Assembly: GCF_006345805.1 (NCBI RefSeq)
Contig: NC_043000.1
Coordinates: forward strand, 52,762,001 to 52,826,000
Source: Octopus sinensis
Lineage: Eukaryota
Direction of reading: 5' to 3'
DNA length: 64,000 nt
Part shown: positions 27,076-38,870 of the stretch, piece after piece
How positions within the stretch are numbered: position 1 is the first letter of the stretch
Layout: each line of letters starts with the position of its first letter
Made by a program: the position numbers and the translations under genes
The notes under the pieces: model-generated
What the model was told of the DNA's origin: nothing
Database searches by the model: none
Seen by the model: only the letters and a program-made list of their open reading frames with translations

Positions 27076-29066
27076 TTTTTTTTTTTCTAGTTTCAGCTCA
27101 GAGCTGCGACCATGCTGATGCACCGCCGTTTTGTGCTACACTGTTATTGCGACGAACTTCATCTAATATGTGGCACTTGGTGAAGAATGGAGTTTGATAC
27201 AGCTACTCTCATTTGCACCTCTTGCCGTGAGGTAGGTTCATCTGGGACTCTTGACAGGAAGATGTCCAGCTTTGATTTAAAAACCGCTACATCTACTTTG
27301 TGCAAGTTCCTCAGACTTTTTGGGAGAATATTAAAAAGCTGTGGGCCCTTGAAACCCAGGCTGTTGCAGAAGCTGGTCATGAAGCGCGATGGCTTTGCTG
27401 GGATCTTTGGCACTATGCAGTGTCGTTCCGTTCTAGCATTGGTGTAGCTTACAATGCCAAAATTTGGCACAATTTCTTCCAGGATCTTCCAGACATATAT
27501 TACTGCATACCTCTCCCGTCTTCTCGCCAGGGAGTAGAGTCTTAGCTGTTTCAACATTTCCCAGTAGCTGAGCAGTTGCAAAGAGACGATCTTCTTTGTG
27601 AATCTTCTCTGGATTACTTCAAGGTCCGCTGTTAATTTTACACCGGTGGGTGACCACAGCTGTGAGCAGTAATCCAGGCGACTGAGGACGAATGCCCGCC
27701 AGAGGACCATCATGGTTTCCTTATCTCTGGTTCTGAATGTTCTTAGGATCCACCCAGACAGTCGTCTGTACTTTGTCCCCATCCTGGTAATGTGCACTTG
27801 GAAAGAGGTATCATCACTTCTGTCGATACTCAGGTCCCTCACAGACTTAGGCTCTGGGATTGAAATTCCCTGTGGACCGGTGTATCCTGTAAGTTTAATA
27901 TTCAATATTGGATGCTGGTAGCGCAGGGCCTGGAAGTTTTCAGCATTAAACTGCATATTATTATTCTCAGCTGATCTGTAGATTGAGTCCAACTCCTGCT
28001 GCAGGTGTGCAACATCGCTGGGGTTCTGTATTTTCTGCGAGACTTTCGTATCGTCTGCATAGCTGGCCAGAGTGGCTATCCGGGCATTTGAGGGCATATC
28101 TGAGAGGGCCACTATAAAAAGCAGTGGTCCCAAGACGGTGCCCTGTCGAACACCGCTCACTATTTGTGTGTTCATAGAGGTGGCTCCATTAACCACTACT
28201 GCCTGACTCCTATCTTTCGGGAAGTCATGCAACCACACTCCAAGTTTTCCAGCTATGCCGAGGTCACGTAGTTTGTGGCATATCATACCATGATCCACCT
28301 TGTCAAAAGCTTTTGCAAAATCAAGGTAGATTACGTCCACATTTGATTTGTTGAGTAACTGCCTCAACACCTAGTCATAATGCTGTAAGAGCTGGGTCAG
28401 GCAGTTCCTCCCTGGTCGAAAACCATGCTGGGTATTACTCAGCAAGTTATTTTCCTCAAGGAATGCGATTAGTTTCTTTCTGACTATCCTTTCCATGACT
28501 TTGCTGATTTGTGAAGTCAGAGAGATAGGCCTATAGTTTTTGGCATCTGCTCTACTTCCCCCTTTATGTATTGGGCATATTATTCCCTCCTTCAGCTTGC
28601 TTGGCAGTCTGCCATTCGCAAGAAAGCTCTGGAAGAGAATCTTGAGGGGTTTTGCCAGGGCATGCTTACACGCTTTGAGGAGGATGGCTGGGAACCGTCT
28701 GGACCAGCAGCTGAGTTTGTGTCCACTTCATCTATGGCTAGTAGGACATCTTTTTCGCTAATGTCAATACATTCTGTTGTAACCGCCTCGCTGGTTATAG
28801 GTGAGGCGGCAAAGAAGTCCACTGGTTCGTTCACTTGTCTGTGTTCCAACGGAGTGGTAAAGACACTTTTGAACTGGTCATTCAGCATCTCACTGATCAT
28901 AGGTGGACTGTCTGTGAGGGAGCCATCCTTTTAGAGGAGGGGTCCTATCTTGTAGTGCACTGAGGCTGTTTCTTTCGCGTAATGAAAGAAGGCCTTTGGG
29001 TTTGATTTAATGTTTTTTGTAACCCAGGCTTCTTTGTCTGCTTTCTCCTTCACATAGGATTGTTGC
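27076..29066 (-). mobile_element. 5'-truncated CR1/L2-group LINE, relatively young
   Basis: RT region from SAAGPDG through KNYRPISLTS, QHGFRPGR, YLDFAKAFDKVDH, SGVRQGTVLGPLLF, YADDTK to the C-terminus; only one in-frame stop (TAG, about 28371-28373) and a frameshift near 28680; 3' UTR and poly-A at 27076-27158; 5' end lost in (TA)n. Confidence 0.93.
27159..28370 (-). CDS. LINE ORF2 reverse transcriptase, C-terminal 403 aa (TE-derived, truncated)
   Basis: ORF track: YLDFAKAFDKVDH, QGTVLGPLLF, YADD, YCSQLWSP, SLARRRERY. Confidence 0.85.
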   Translation of the reverse strand: MLRQLLNKSNVDVIYLDFAKAFDKVDHGMICHKLRDLGIAGKLGVWLHDFPKDRSQAVVVNGATSMNTQIVSGVRQGTVLGPLLFIVALSDMPSNARIATLASYADDTKVSQKIQNPSDVAHLQQELDSIYRSAENNNMQFNAENFQALRYQHPILNIKLTGYTGPQGISIPEPKSVRDLSIDRSDDTSFQVHITRMGTKYRRLSGWILRTFRTRDKETMMVLWRAFVLSRLDYCSQLWSPTGVKLTADLEVIQRRFTKKIVSLQLLSYWEMLKQLRLYSLARRRERYAVIYVWKILEEIVPNFGIVSYTNARTERHCIVPKIPAKPSRFMTSFCNSLGFKGPQLFNILPKSLRNLHKVDVAVFKSKLDIFLSRVPDEPTSRQEVQMRVAVSNSILHQVPHIR

Positions 29067-29085
29067 ATATATATGTATATATATA

Positions 29086-29199
<114 letters not shown>

Positions 29200-29639
29200 G
29201 CACTCGCCTATGTGTACGCACACACACATACTTTCATATACATAAATATACATACTTAAAATACATACATACACATAAATATATAGAGGCATATCTACAT
29301 CATAACGTATATATGCAAAGAATTTTTTAAAATACTGTTCAGTGTTTATATTAAAATATTAAAATGTAAAGTAAGGAAATTGTACATTAATTTGATGTAA
29401 CTTAATTAAATACCTGAGTAAAAATTTAAAAAAAATAAACATAAACCTCAGTGAAGTTTAAGCTTGAAATTAAATTTACAAAACTGCCGAAGGTTTTCTT
29501 AAGAATGAAGTCGCAATATACATTAGCATTGCGATGCAATATAACTATACCGTCTAAAGTCAACTCCAAATACGACAGTCAAAAATATATTTCGAAAGTC
29601 AAAACATTTTACCCCCATGCTATTTTGTCGGTTGATATC

Positions 29640-29960
29640 TTAAATTTTGTGCTGTGCTTGCAGGAATTAGAGAGTTCGCGTCTCTAGTTCAAAGCATTTC
29701 TATCTTGGAACAAGATGAAGAACGTCTCTGAAAAGCAAAGATTAAATTTCATAGGTCTTTTATAAGCTCCGCGTTTGTATGCTGATGCTTTTTCTAGGAT
29801 TTTCCAGGTTAAATTGAAAGGACGAGTGTCGTTCTCTTTCAATTCCCAGACATGCTTTGGAAGACTAGTCGCTGTCCCTTTGTCGGGCTATCGGAAAGAA
29901 TTTCTGTGTGAATAGAATCGAGTTTGAATAAATTATCTGAATCCCCTGTATATGACTTAT
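29640..29960 (-). mobile_element. Penelope-like element, GIY-YIG endonuclease C-terminal fragment
   Basis: Minus strand: WELKENDTRPFNLTWKILEKASAY...NLCFSETFFIL...LN*RRELSNSCKH, typical of PLE endonuclease tails. Confidence 0.6.
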
Positions 29961-30036
29961 ATTCTTGCGAGCCATGTACTTGTATATGTAATCCAACGTG
30001 AAAAGTTTTTAAACGGATATATGTATATATATATGT

Positions 30037-30115
30037 AAGTATGTATGTATGCATGTATGTATGTATGTATGTATGTATGTATGTATGTATGTATGTATGT
30101 ATGTATGTATGTATG
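30037..30115. repeat. (TATG)n microsatellite
   Basis: Direct inspection. Confidence 0.95.
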
Positions 30116-32079
30116 GATAGACAGATAGTTATAGATATATATGTATATAAAGATATATATATATACACGCACATATGTACATGTGTATATATTTTCTCTT
30201 GTAAAATGCATTCGCTCTATTTAGTCCATAAAATAATTAGTGAATTAATACATAGTGTAATCTAATAAATTTATCAATAAATCAATACATCAGCAAATAA
30301 ATCAGATATTTATATGGCAGAAAATATATCAATGTCGCCAGTAGAATATTTGAAATGATATGCAAGCCTCTGGATAAAATATACTATTAACTAAATATCG
30401 AGTGAATTTCCATTCATATTTAGTCGATACAATTTATGAATATTAGTGTATAGTCACTTTAACACCAAATCTTTGCTCTAGCGACCAGTAATTGAAGCGA
30501 TATGAAGTCGAATAGTCTATCCTATATTATTATTATTGCTAAACAGCTTTCCGTCTGATGCAAAAGTTACCCGATCTTTTCTGTATCTGGTGAAGAAACA
30601 ATGCAGGTGGATGTACTCACCTCACTAGATAACTTGCTACTAATATGATTTCACAAACTGTGACATTGAACATATCAGTTACATATTTCTAGTGAGCAAT
30701 CAGTAATGCATATTTAAAGCAATAGGCAGAATACACAAGCAACCTATACATTCAGTTTCAGGGATTATTTAACACGAATACTTCACTGAGAATTTAAGCA
30801 GCACCAGTGACCAGGAATAGATATTCGATTATATTTACGTTTCGTTAAATTGATTTCATAATGAAAAATGTAAGACTTCTCTAAAGAATCAGTGAAATGA
30901 GAAATGTCTTCGCGAATAGATTAGTTGCGACTAAGTATGCGATTGTTCAAACTAACTTTTAGGAAATACATAAAAAGAACCGTTTGTAAGAAATGCAATA
31001 TTATGCATGTATATATGTGTGTTACTTTGCGTGCTGATATAAGATCTGCAGAAGTCATGTGAGCACGCGAAGACACCCACATTAATAAAATCATCATATA
31101 TGGTAGTGCATTCATCCATAGAATTGAATACACAAACAGGAAAATTTACAGACCAAAACAGAGATTCACAATATTTTCTGCATGAAAGAATGTGCAGAAA
31201 TATAATTTCACTCTTACTTACATGTCGTATAATATTACGCGTTTTCCAGATAAAAATAATATAAAATATATTCTTCTTACCTAAACCACCGAAGGAAATA
31301 TAAGAAGCTAAATATTATTAGTTTCAGATATTTCCTTCTCTGAAATCAGCGACTAGAAATTATTCATTTATGAAGTCGTATTTGCCTACTAAAATGCTTG
31401 CTTTAATCACGATACATGAACCTGATATATGAATGGTATTACGTATTTCAGATTAAATAGATAAACAAACTAAGAATTTTGTTTTATTTATGCCATCATA
31501 GCATAAAACAAAAATAATACAAAATCAAAAGCACATTCGTCCTTCCAGATCATTATTGCAGATTATATACTTCTTAGCGTAATTTTAGTAAATTCAATAA
31601 CAAATGTTACCTCTTAATAGCATTTATAATTTTTTCCTCATAAATGCATCTTAGCAATCCTATTCTCTGCTCTTAAAAGATCAACGATAAGAGGAACTCA
31701 AAGTGTATTATGCGCAGCATGAAAATCACAGACAGATGAAGATTAGGTTGAAGTGTAATAGTTCTGAAATCGCACGAAGATAAAGAAACGTAAACTTTGA
31801 ATTGTCCAACTGTTACACGTGATAAACTTATTCCTTCTGCACTCAGATCTGTAGAGTTCTTCAAAATATACTAAGATAAAAATGAATAGAATTTCGGATT
31901 CTCTGTCTTCCAAATGCTCAAATGTACAAATATAAATGCCTTCGCTCGTACGGACACATCCATATCCAACACACATACACAAACACACAGACACATATGC
32001 ATATGTACGTAAGTGAATTTATATCTACATCTATATTTATCTATCCTGATATTTATAAGTATATATACGTATGCGTACA

Positions 32080-32158
<79 letters not shown>

Positions 32159-32159
32159 T

Positions 32160-32202
<43 letters not shown>

Positions 32203-32336
32203 TTATCTCTCTCTCTCTGTCACTATATATATATATATATATAGAATAAATATATACATGTATACATATACGTATATATACATAAACACACACACACAAA
32301 CACACACACACACACGCATATATTTATATATATATA

Positions 32337-32410
<74 letters not shown>
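32080..32410. repeat. Compound microsatellite (TATC)n/(TA)n/(CA)n/(GA)n
   Basis: Direct inspection; explains the 202-aa ORF at 31922. Confidence 0.95.
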
Positions 32411-32415
<5 letters not shown>

Positions 32416-33944
32416 TGTAGTGGAAGAGAATATGCGAAGTAGGAATTCTTACATTAACCAGTCAAAAAGAGAAAAGGCGTATATCTTGAGACAGGACAAA
32501 TCATTTGTTGGGTATGCAGCATCTGTGTGACCTTCGATCTTCGATATTACATATTACGAATATTTATGTTCTGGTTTAAGGAGTGTGCAAGGTAAGTTCA
32601 AAAACAATCTTAGGCAAAGTAAAGAAATGCATGAACATACTTCAAATGGCAAATGTCAACTGTGTAAAACCTATGAATCCAATAAATAAATAAATATTTT
32701 AGTTAAACCCAATTCAGATGTACTGGCTTTAATCCTTACCAGCCTTATAAGTTTCTCAAGAAATATTCCTTTTAAATTATCACATTCATGAAATCTTTTG
32801 TATGAAATATTAACTTCGTTCTTCTAATAATTCCTGTTTGTGAGTTTCGTTTCTTTTGCACATTTGCAAAACAGTAGTAATCAACAAACTGTCTTGCCTA
32901 GTATAAACATATTTATTGGATATGAAAATAGCATACCAATAGTCTAAAGCATACGTTACTTTGATATTTGCTGATTATTTATATTGTAGGTTAATCACTT
33001 TATCTCTGGCAACAATTCTTAGAGAGAATCAGACGAAAATACGCTCCATTCTCAAATAAATATATATCCTGATAAACTAAATGGCTAACTTACTTTTGGT
33101 ATTCAACAAAAGAATGATATCACAATAGGCAAATACAAGTACACTACTTTCATTTTTATTGCCTTAACAATGACCAGCAGTACAGCTATTCCTAATATTT
33201 TACCACGAAAATGGTTAATCTTCCATGTAACATAAAACACGAGATAACGCATGAGGGAGCGAACAGTATCTTCGCAATTGTCGACGGCTTGATGCTTCCA
33301 CGCATAGCAACTAAATTTTCCTTCAGTCATATTGTAGACCTTTTACAAGTCATATTCCACGTCATTAAAAGATTGTAGCGTATATTAGAGTTCCATATAC
33401 ATTGTGCCTGAACAGCAGTACAATATAACTCAGAGACATTTTAGTCAGTTAATGATGACCTATGGCTCAACAGTAACAACATAATTATGGCCAAATCCAA
33501 ACGGAATGTGGGAAGCGTTCAGTCATATTTCAAATCACACACTTTGTCAATTCTCTCAATATACATCGCTGTATATATGTCCAATATATGCGTTGTATCA
33601 TCTCAATTGAGAACGAAATTTCGTCTTATTTTGTCTGTACAATGAGATCATAGAATATTCCTAATTCTCTACGCTTACCACACCAAAGGCTTCATTTTAT
33701 ATTTCGTTGTGATTTCCGGTATTTAAGTATTGTAAAAGTCTTCTACCTAATGGTTAGTTTTTCCTGTCATCCTCTGCAAAACCATTTCAATAAAACAAAA
33801 ATCTAACAGTAATCGCACAAATTCTTGCTTTGGCAATATCTAAAGTGATGTATCCAGAAGTATACTTATATTATTTCGGAAATACAAAATGAAGAGTATC
33901 AAACTTACAATATATATATAGGCTTCAAAATTTTGATAAAAGGC

Positions 33945-34130
33945 CAGCGATTTCGAGGAAAGGGGGAAAGTCGATTACACCAACCATCGGTGGTACTTAA
34001 TTTATCAACTCCAGAGAGGATGAAAGACAAAATCTGCATCTGCTGAATTTGAACTGAAAATATAAAAACGGATTAAATACCGCTAAGCATTCTGCCCGGC
34101 GTGCTAACGATCCTGCTAGTTCGCTGCCTT
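33945..34130 (-). mobile_element. tRNA-derived SINE (same family as 3670)
   Basis: gtcgattacac...ggtacttaatttatc...gaatttgaac...accgctaagcatt...ggcgtgctaacgat...cgctgcctt. Confidence 0.75.
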
Positions 34131-34304
34131 AAAACTTACAATATACGCAAATACAAGAATATTAAATATTATACTGCATAATTTTTGTTTATTAAAATTA
34201 CACCCACCTCTACCGGATGTATCATATTTAATATCAGTTAAGAACACTTCCACTCAAGAAGGGAAGATAATTTCAAGAATCACGCATTTTCCAAATTGAC
34301 TTAC

Positions 34305-34428
34305 CGTGGAGGAAAAGGATGGGTTTATTGTTTGAAGATACGTTGGTAATCACAAACAAGTGTTTCAAATGAAATAATAATCTCTGATATTTTGCAATTG
34401 ATGTTTCTTGATCTCTCTCTTGCTCAAA
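34305..34428 (-). CDS. Candidate isolated exon ending in an alpha/beta-hydrolase-like motif (KPILFLH/G)
   Basis: Acceptor cattttatag, donor G|gtaagtc; 124 nt open in phase 0 to phase 1: FEQERDQETSIAKYQRLLFHLKHLFVITNVSSNNKPILFLH(G). No convincing partner exon found. Confidence 0.25.
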
Positions 34429-35029
34429 CTATAAAATGTTTGAAGCATATACTGCTTTCCTCTATGCGTCACAAATATAATACAGCTCTGATTCATTTCC
34501 ATACAGAGATCATTACACTTCATAACATTATTGCTTGCAATGGAAACTTATTTTCTGGAAGACAGCCAGATGTATTAGTCAAATACTCATTAACAGTCTC
34601 CATAAATTAAAACTTGTGGTTTGTTGAGGTTTCTAATGCAATACAACATATCTATGTCATCTCGATTTATGAAGCTACTTCACCAATTTGCGTTCTACAT
34701 CTTTAAAATGGCTATACACATCTACATAAATCCACCATCTAATGACATTCATAGTACATGCAGACGCAATATCTGCTTCACGTCTTAGCAACAAAATGCT
34801 CTGAAATATATTGCAAACAAAGTGGATGACTATCATTTTGTTAACTACTTGAAATTGTACAAAGAAGTATAATACATATGAAATACATATACTACAATGT
34901 AAATGAAAGGCCTAAAACAATTCCTATACTGATAATGCAGCTCCGTATAAGAACTATAAACAATATATACAAGCACTCGCTCCTTACTAATTGTAACTAT
35001 GAAATTCTTTTGATATATATTTCTTTATT

Positions 35030-35227
35030 GCCCGCAAGGGGCTAATCATAGAGGGGACAAACAAGGACAGACAAACGGATTAAGTCGATTACATCAACCC
35101 AGTGCGAAACTGGTACGTTATTTATCGACTCCGAAAGGTGGAATTTGAACTCAGAACGTAACGACAGACGAAATACCGCTAAGCATTTCGCCCGGCGCGC
35201 TAACGTGTCTGCCAGCTCACCGCCTTA
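35030..35227 (-). mobile_element. tRNA-derived SINE (same family as 3670)
   Basis: ggaatttgaactcagaacgtaacgacagacgaaataccgctaagcatttcgcccggcgcgctaacgtgtctgccagctcaccgcctt is the reverse of the tRNA-like head. Confidence 0.85.
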
Positions 35228-36080
35228 AATTCTTTTGATATCATTGGAGTACATTAGTTGATAATTCAATACTTTGATGCATATAAATAAATAGTTGAAA
35301 TCCCGTGAGCGCCAAAATAACTTCACTGAAATCAATTGAATACGAAACATTTGATACATTTACATGGTATTTTTTTAACTTTGAGGTAAACGATTTCCTC
35401 GCAGCAAATTGAGGTTACTATCGTCTTTAAAGTAACATTAAAAGCAGACAAATTTAGAGAAGTTTGTTTTATTTCTCCTGGTTTCAAACACTGTGCACAT
35501 GCATCACAGTGGGGGAAACAATTCAAAGATCTCTTACACATTTTGATAGTAAACACGGTTGTAGCGAAATAAAAAGTTCGACGTGAACACAAAATAAAAT
35601 TTTACTTCAGCATACAAATCGTGAATATTGATACAGATGGTTATAAAATATTTTTGAACAACCAAGATGCTTAGTAGTATATGTTATACCTAGTGATAGA
35701 GGGTGAGAGGAAATATTTTTAGTGTCGATTACAGAAGTTTAAGTTGCCCCCAAATATGGCTTCAAAATTCACATTATCAGCTCTTGCTTACCAAAACTAG
35801 TTTACATGTCTCTCGTGAGAAGTAAACCGGTCTTACCACCGTTATCAAACGAAGAATAAAAGAATAAAAAACAACATGCTAATATCTTCGTTTTGCCTAA
35901 TGATTCTATATCATACATGTGTGTGTGTATGTGCGTGTATAGACAGATACGGCTATAGATGGAGAGAGAGAAACACTTCTCTCTCTCTCTCTCTCTTCCA
36001 GCATATACATACATATATATATATTTACTTATTTATATAAATCTATCTATATATATATATAAGTAAATATTATATATGTA

Positions 36081-36135
<55 letters not shown>

Positions 36136-37209
36136 CATGAGTATATATGTATACATATATATATATACATGAGTAAATATATATATATGTACATATATCC
36201 AAGCACACATGTATGCAAACAGCGCGTCGTTGTAGGACTCACGGAAAGATGGAACATTATCATAACTAAATCCACATATTCGCAATTTGAAAAGCTTTTA
36301 TTACTGAAATGCAGTTTATATGAGATTCATATTCTTACTCCTTTATTCAAAATTTTGCGAGCACGAACGTGAATGATAAGCATAGTTTAAATATATCATG
36401 CTTTTATTCTCACACCCTGTATTATTTATATATCTACTGAAATATGTTCAATTGTGTGCATTATTATTCAAGGATCATGGAAATAACTGATAGTTATTCC
36501 TACATGGGTATGTTGTATAATCTGTTAAAGGTTTGCAGCATTGTTTAATAAACGAAGAAAAAGCAGTACAAATCTTAAAATGAATCTTATGTTAACAAAG
36601 AAAGTGAAGACAATTTAAAAGGAAAGGCTATAAATAGATATAGGGAGTACAATGGCATGGTTGTTATAATTCCTGTGCATGGTTTGCTGTGAAAATATGT
36701 GAAATATATTGGAATGAGCTCTAGAGATTTACATTTCGCTTTAATACTTCATGTAAGGAATATAGCAGAATACAAGCTAGAAACCTCATTTTATTGCATT
36801 GAATATCTTACTTAGCGCTGCATATTATGAATTCTTTGCATGGCAATTCTGCAGTTAGCTGTTGTTACATAATATTATATCCATTTCGGGATATCGCGTG
36901 CATTCTAATATTAATCATATTATGCTAGTGACACAAATCAATTGCGGAGGATAAGTAGACATGTTCTGATATCCACGGAACTAACACACAATATTTACTG
37001 TTATGATAAAAGTGATGATTGTAAATGTGAAATGCCACTTCAGTGAGATATTGTTAATTTAGTAGGCTGACTCTAATGTCAAACATTAGTTTTAGTATTG
37101 TTCATGGTTACTTGTTTGCAAACAATTCAGAAATGCTTAAAATATGCTGGCGACTTCTAGGCTGGTTTTGCTGTAGTTTATAAGGCCACAAATCTTCCAG
37201 TTTCTTTTC

Positions 37210-37420
37210 CCTCAAAATGGGTGCTTCTCTAGTCCAAATGGTTGCTACTGCATCCACAATAGTTTCTACTCTAGCCACAATCGTTCGCACTCCAGCTAAA
37301 TTCGGTTCTACGCCAACCAAAATGAATCCTATTCGAACGGGGATGGGTCCTACATAGGGAAAAAACGGGTCCTACTTCTACCAAAATGTCACCACGCACA
37401 GGAATCGGAGCCTCTTCATT
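37210..37420. repeat. Diverged 21-nt minisatellite (about 10 units)
   Basis: Units such as ctcaaaatgggtgcttctcta / gtccaaatggttgctactgca / tccacaatagtttctactcta / accaaaatgaatcctattcga; one unit is 22 nt. Confidence 0.8.
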
Positions 37421-38795
37421 AATAGTGCATCCAAGAGCCTGAAAGCAATACTGTTCCATTTCATGAAGAACGATTCGTCTCCTCTCCAGTGTCACTCACT
37501 AGGACACAAAGAGGCGTAATTGTCTCACTGGATTCCTTTAATTGAGATACATATGGCCTCAAAGTTCTCATAGTCTTCAAACTGCTGACGTTATGACGGT
37601 TACTCGAAGCTGATTTACTAAATTCCAATGCAACAATTTCTGTTAGCTTAACAGTGACGCTACATCATACTCCAACGAAATTTTACCTCGAAGCCCAGAG
37701 AGAAGGGTACAGATCCTGTATGCACCAGCGTAGATTCATACACCGCTCAGGACATGAACACATAAACACTTTACTTAGCCTGACATCTCCTCTGATTAAC
37801 ACTAAACTACATTCTCTCCCCTTTCTACTCCCTTTCAATATCTCTCACTCAAGTTCTCATTCAACTTCACTATATCTGTACAGGAATGTATCTGTGCAAG
37901 TGGTCGTGTACTAGCAATCGTATATATGTATATGGATGCATAATTTGTGAGTAGCATCTTGAAAGTGAGTTTGTTCAGAAAACGGAGGCTGAACATTTTA
38001 ACGGCTGTAGCCGATGACTCTGGCTTAACAAGTCGGATTTTTTTATTTGTGATCCAGTATGGTACAATGAAATCATATAAATCCGTGCATCATGGTTGGA
38101 TTATTCCTTCATCAGTACCACTTAATTTTTTTCTAAAATTGAGTATGGTCTATATAGGGACGATACTTTAGAAGTTTCCACTGGGTTGTCAAAGTCTGGT
38201 CTGGAATATAATCGAAAACCTCAGCCTATATTCTTCATTAATCAAAATAATGTTATATTCGAGAATAATTTGAGAGACCCTACATTTTTAGATATTGCTT
38301 TATTTTTAAATAAATTCATACTGCTTCGTTCTTAAAGAAACGAGTGCCTCCACTATATTACTGATAAATCTAACCGTTGTCTTATATGTGAATAATTCTA
38401 TTAGAATTTCTAATCTTTCCGCTGATGAATATATCTCAATCATCAAGAGTTAAGCTCTCTACTATATTGAAACCCTGCTTGCTATTGGTTTCTGTGAAAA
38501 TGTAAGGTAGAATTCCAACACTAAATTCAAAATTTAAGCTGCAACAAGCAATTCTACACAAGCAGTTGAAGTTTCTGCGTAGTAGTTTATTTGCGTCATT
38601 TCCCATCTACCATAGTTGAACAAAATAGTTTCTTTAGGGACATAGAATTTATGCTATTTAGTATAGGAGAATATCAAAAAAAGGAAGAATTTATATGGAT
38701 GACACCATACAAAATTCTGGGCATCTAACTTAAGTACCATATTCATTTGAATCTAAATTTTGCTGAACTATATACATATATGTATATATATATAT

Positions 38796-38827
<32 letters not shown>

Positions 38828-38870
38828 TAATGCACATATATGTAGAATTATATATATATATATATATATA

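Noticed and set aside
32740-32823. 84-nt open minus-strand exon candidate (KNEVNISYKRFHECDNLKGIFLEKLIRL)
   Set aside because: Weak acceptor with no pyrimidine tract; an open frame of this length is expected by chance; no homology recognised.
37260-37400. Similarity of the plus-strand heptads (PTSTKMSP) to the RNA polymerase II CTD
   Set aside because: Lacks the invariant Tyr, contains a stop, and no other RPB1 sequence is present.
38085-38120. Minus-strand CTGATGA-AGG-AATAAT-CC-AACC motif
   Set aside because: GAAA is mutated and no valid helix I with a cleavage triplet was found; at most an old relic.
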